Assembly (NCBI GenBank): GCA_964614095.1 | Contig: CAZTJO010000001.1 | Span: 68,574 to 132,573 of the forward strand | Length of the DNA: 64,000 bases | Source of the DNA: an uncultured Acidimicrobiia bacterium | GTDB taxonomy: Bacteria; Actinomycetota; Acidimicrobiia; Spongiisociales; UBA11373 | Direction of reading: 5' to 3' | Part shown: positions 63,638 through 64,000 of the stretch, in pieces | Position numbering within the stretch: the stretch's first letter is position 1 | Layout: the number at the start of each line of letters is the position of its first letter | Made by a program: the position numbers and the translations under genes | The notes under the pieces: model-generated | Told to the model about the DNA's origin: nothing | Seen by the model: the letters and a program-made list of their open reading frames with translations, nothing else | Databases searched by the model: none

Positions 63638-64000
63638 ATGACGCTGAGCCCAGGAGACCCAGCCCCGCGTTTTGTACTACAAGACGACGCCGGCACCGTC
63701 GTGTCACTCGACGATTTCACCGGCCGGCACCTCGTGGTTTTCTTCTATCCGAAGGCCTTCACCCCCGGCTGCACCACTGAAGCCTGCGACTTCCGGGATC
63801 GCCACGAGACATTCCTCGCCGCCGGCTATGACATCGTCGGAATCAGCCCGGACCCGCCGGAGCTGCTCGGCGATTTCCGCCACGAGCACTCGCTCCCCTT
63901 CCCTCTGCTGTCCGACCCGAACCACAAGATTGCCTCCGCTTTCGGCGTGTGGGGAACAAGAAGGCGCTACGGCAAAGAATCCGAAGGACTCATCCGCTCC
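63638..64000 (+). CDS. bcp: Peroxiredoxin Bcp (thioredoxin-dependent thiol peroxidase), 3'-truncated by window end
   Basis: VVFFYPKAFTPGCTTEACDFRD peroxidatic Cys motif. GGAGAGGG Shine-Dalgarno upstream of the ATG at 63638. Confidence 0.85.
   Translation, partial: MTLSPGDPAPRFVLQDDAGTVVSLDDFTGRHLVVFFYPKAFTPGCTTEACDFRDRHETFLAAGYDIVGISPDPPELLGDFRHEHSLPFPLLSDPNHKIASAFGVWGTRRRYGKESEGLIRS

Overview
High-GC (about 70%) actinobacterial-type chromosomal window, densely coded on both strands. Genes in order along the window:

(1) 1-5381, minus strand: a compact, translationally coupled bacterial microcompartment (BMC) operon. It encodes three BMC-P pentamers (EutN/PduN family), two tandem-domain BMC-T proteins, one BMC-H hexamer, a CoA-acylating aldehyde dehydrogenase, a deoxyribose-phosphate aldolase (DeoC) and a ribose-5-phosphate isomerase B (RpiB). 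All three enzymes carry N-terminal amphipathic extensions that look like encapsulation peptides. This matches the bioinformatically defined but experimentally uncharacterised sugar-phosphate-utilising (SPU) metabolosome class. A MerR-like HTH regulator is encoded divergently at 5482-6033. The operon runs off the window start, so further components (PduL, alcohol dehydrogenase) may lie beyond position 1.

(2) 6205-9729: two tandem ABC ATPase / ABC-2 permease pairs.
(3) murJ, a sulfotransferase, signal peptidase I, and a large acidic membrane-anchored protein.
(4) glgA-glgC (minus strand), a penicillin-acylase-family Ntn hydrolase, and two tandem DUF3048-like lipoprotein paralogs.
(5) korAB (2-oxoglutarate:ferredoxin oxidoreductase), a small K+ channel, and an Mca/MshB-like deacetylase.
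(6) A complete F1Fo ATP synthase operon (atpZ-I-B-E-F-H-A-G-D-C), followed by glyA, tsaC, prmC, an S9 peptidase on the opposite strand, prfA, a DUF1385 gene, rpmE and rho.
(7) tal, a PMT-like glycosyltransferase, thrC, hom, argS and tRNA-Arg(CCG).
(8) A CPBP protease, a yqeY-like gene, whiB (with a perfect CRP-type palindrome upstream), DUF3107, apbC, a SufR-like regulator, acnA, a TlpA-like redoxin and a DASS transporter.
(9) Two tandem HD-domain membrane proteins, an Asp23-like protein, a membrane HhH protein, rlmN and the start of bcp.

No CRISPR array, rRNA or obvious mobile element was seen. Many overlapping antisense ORFs in the track are GC-driven artefacts.
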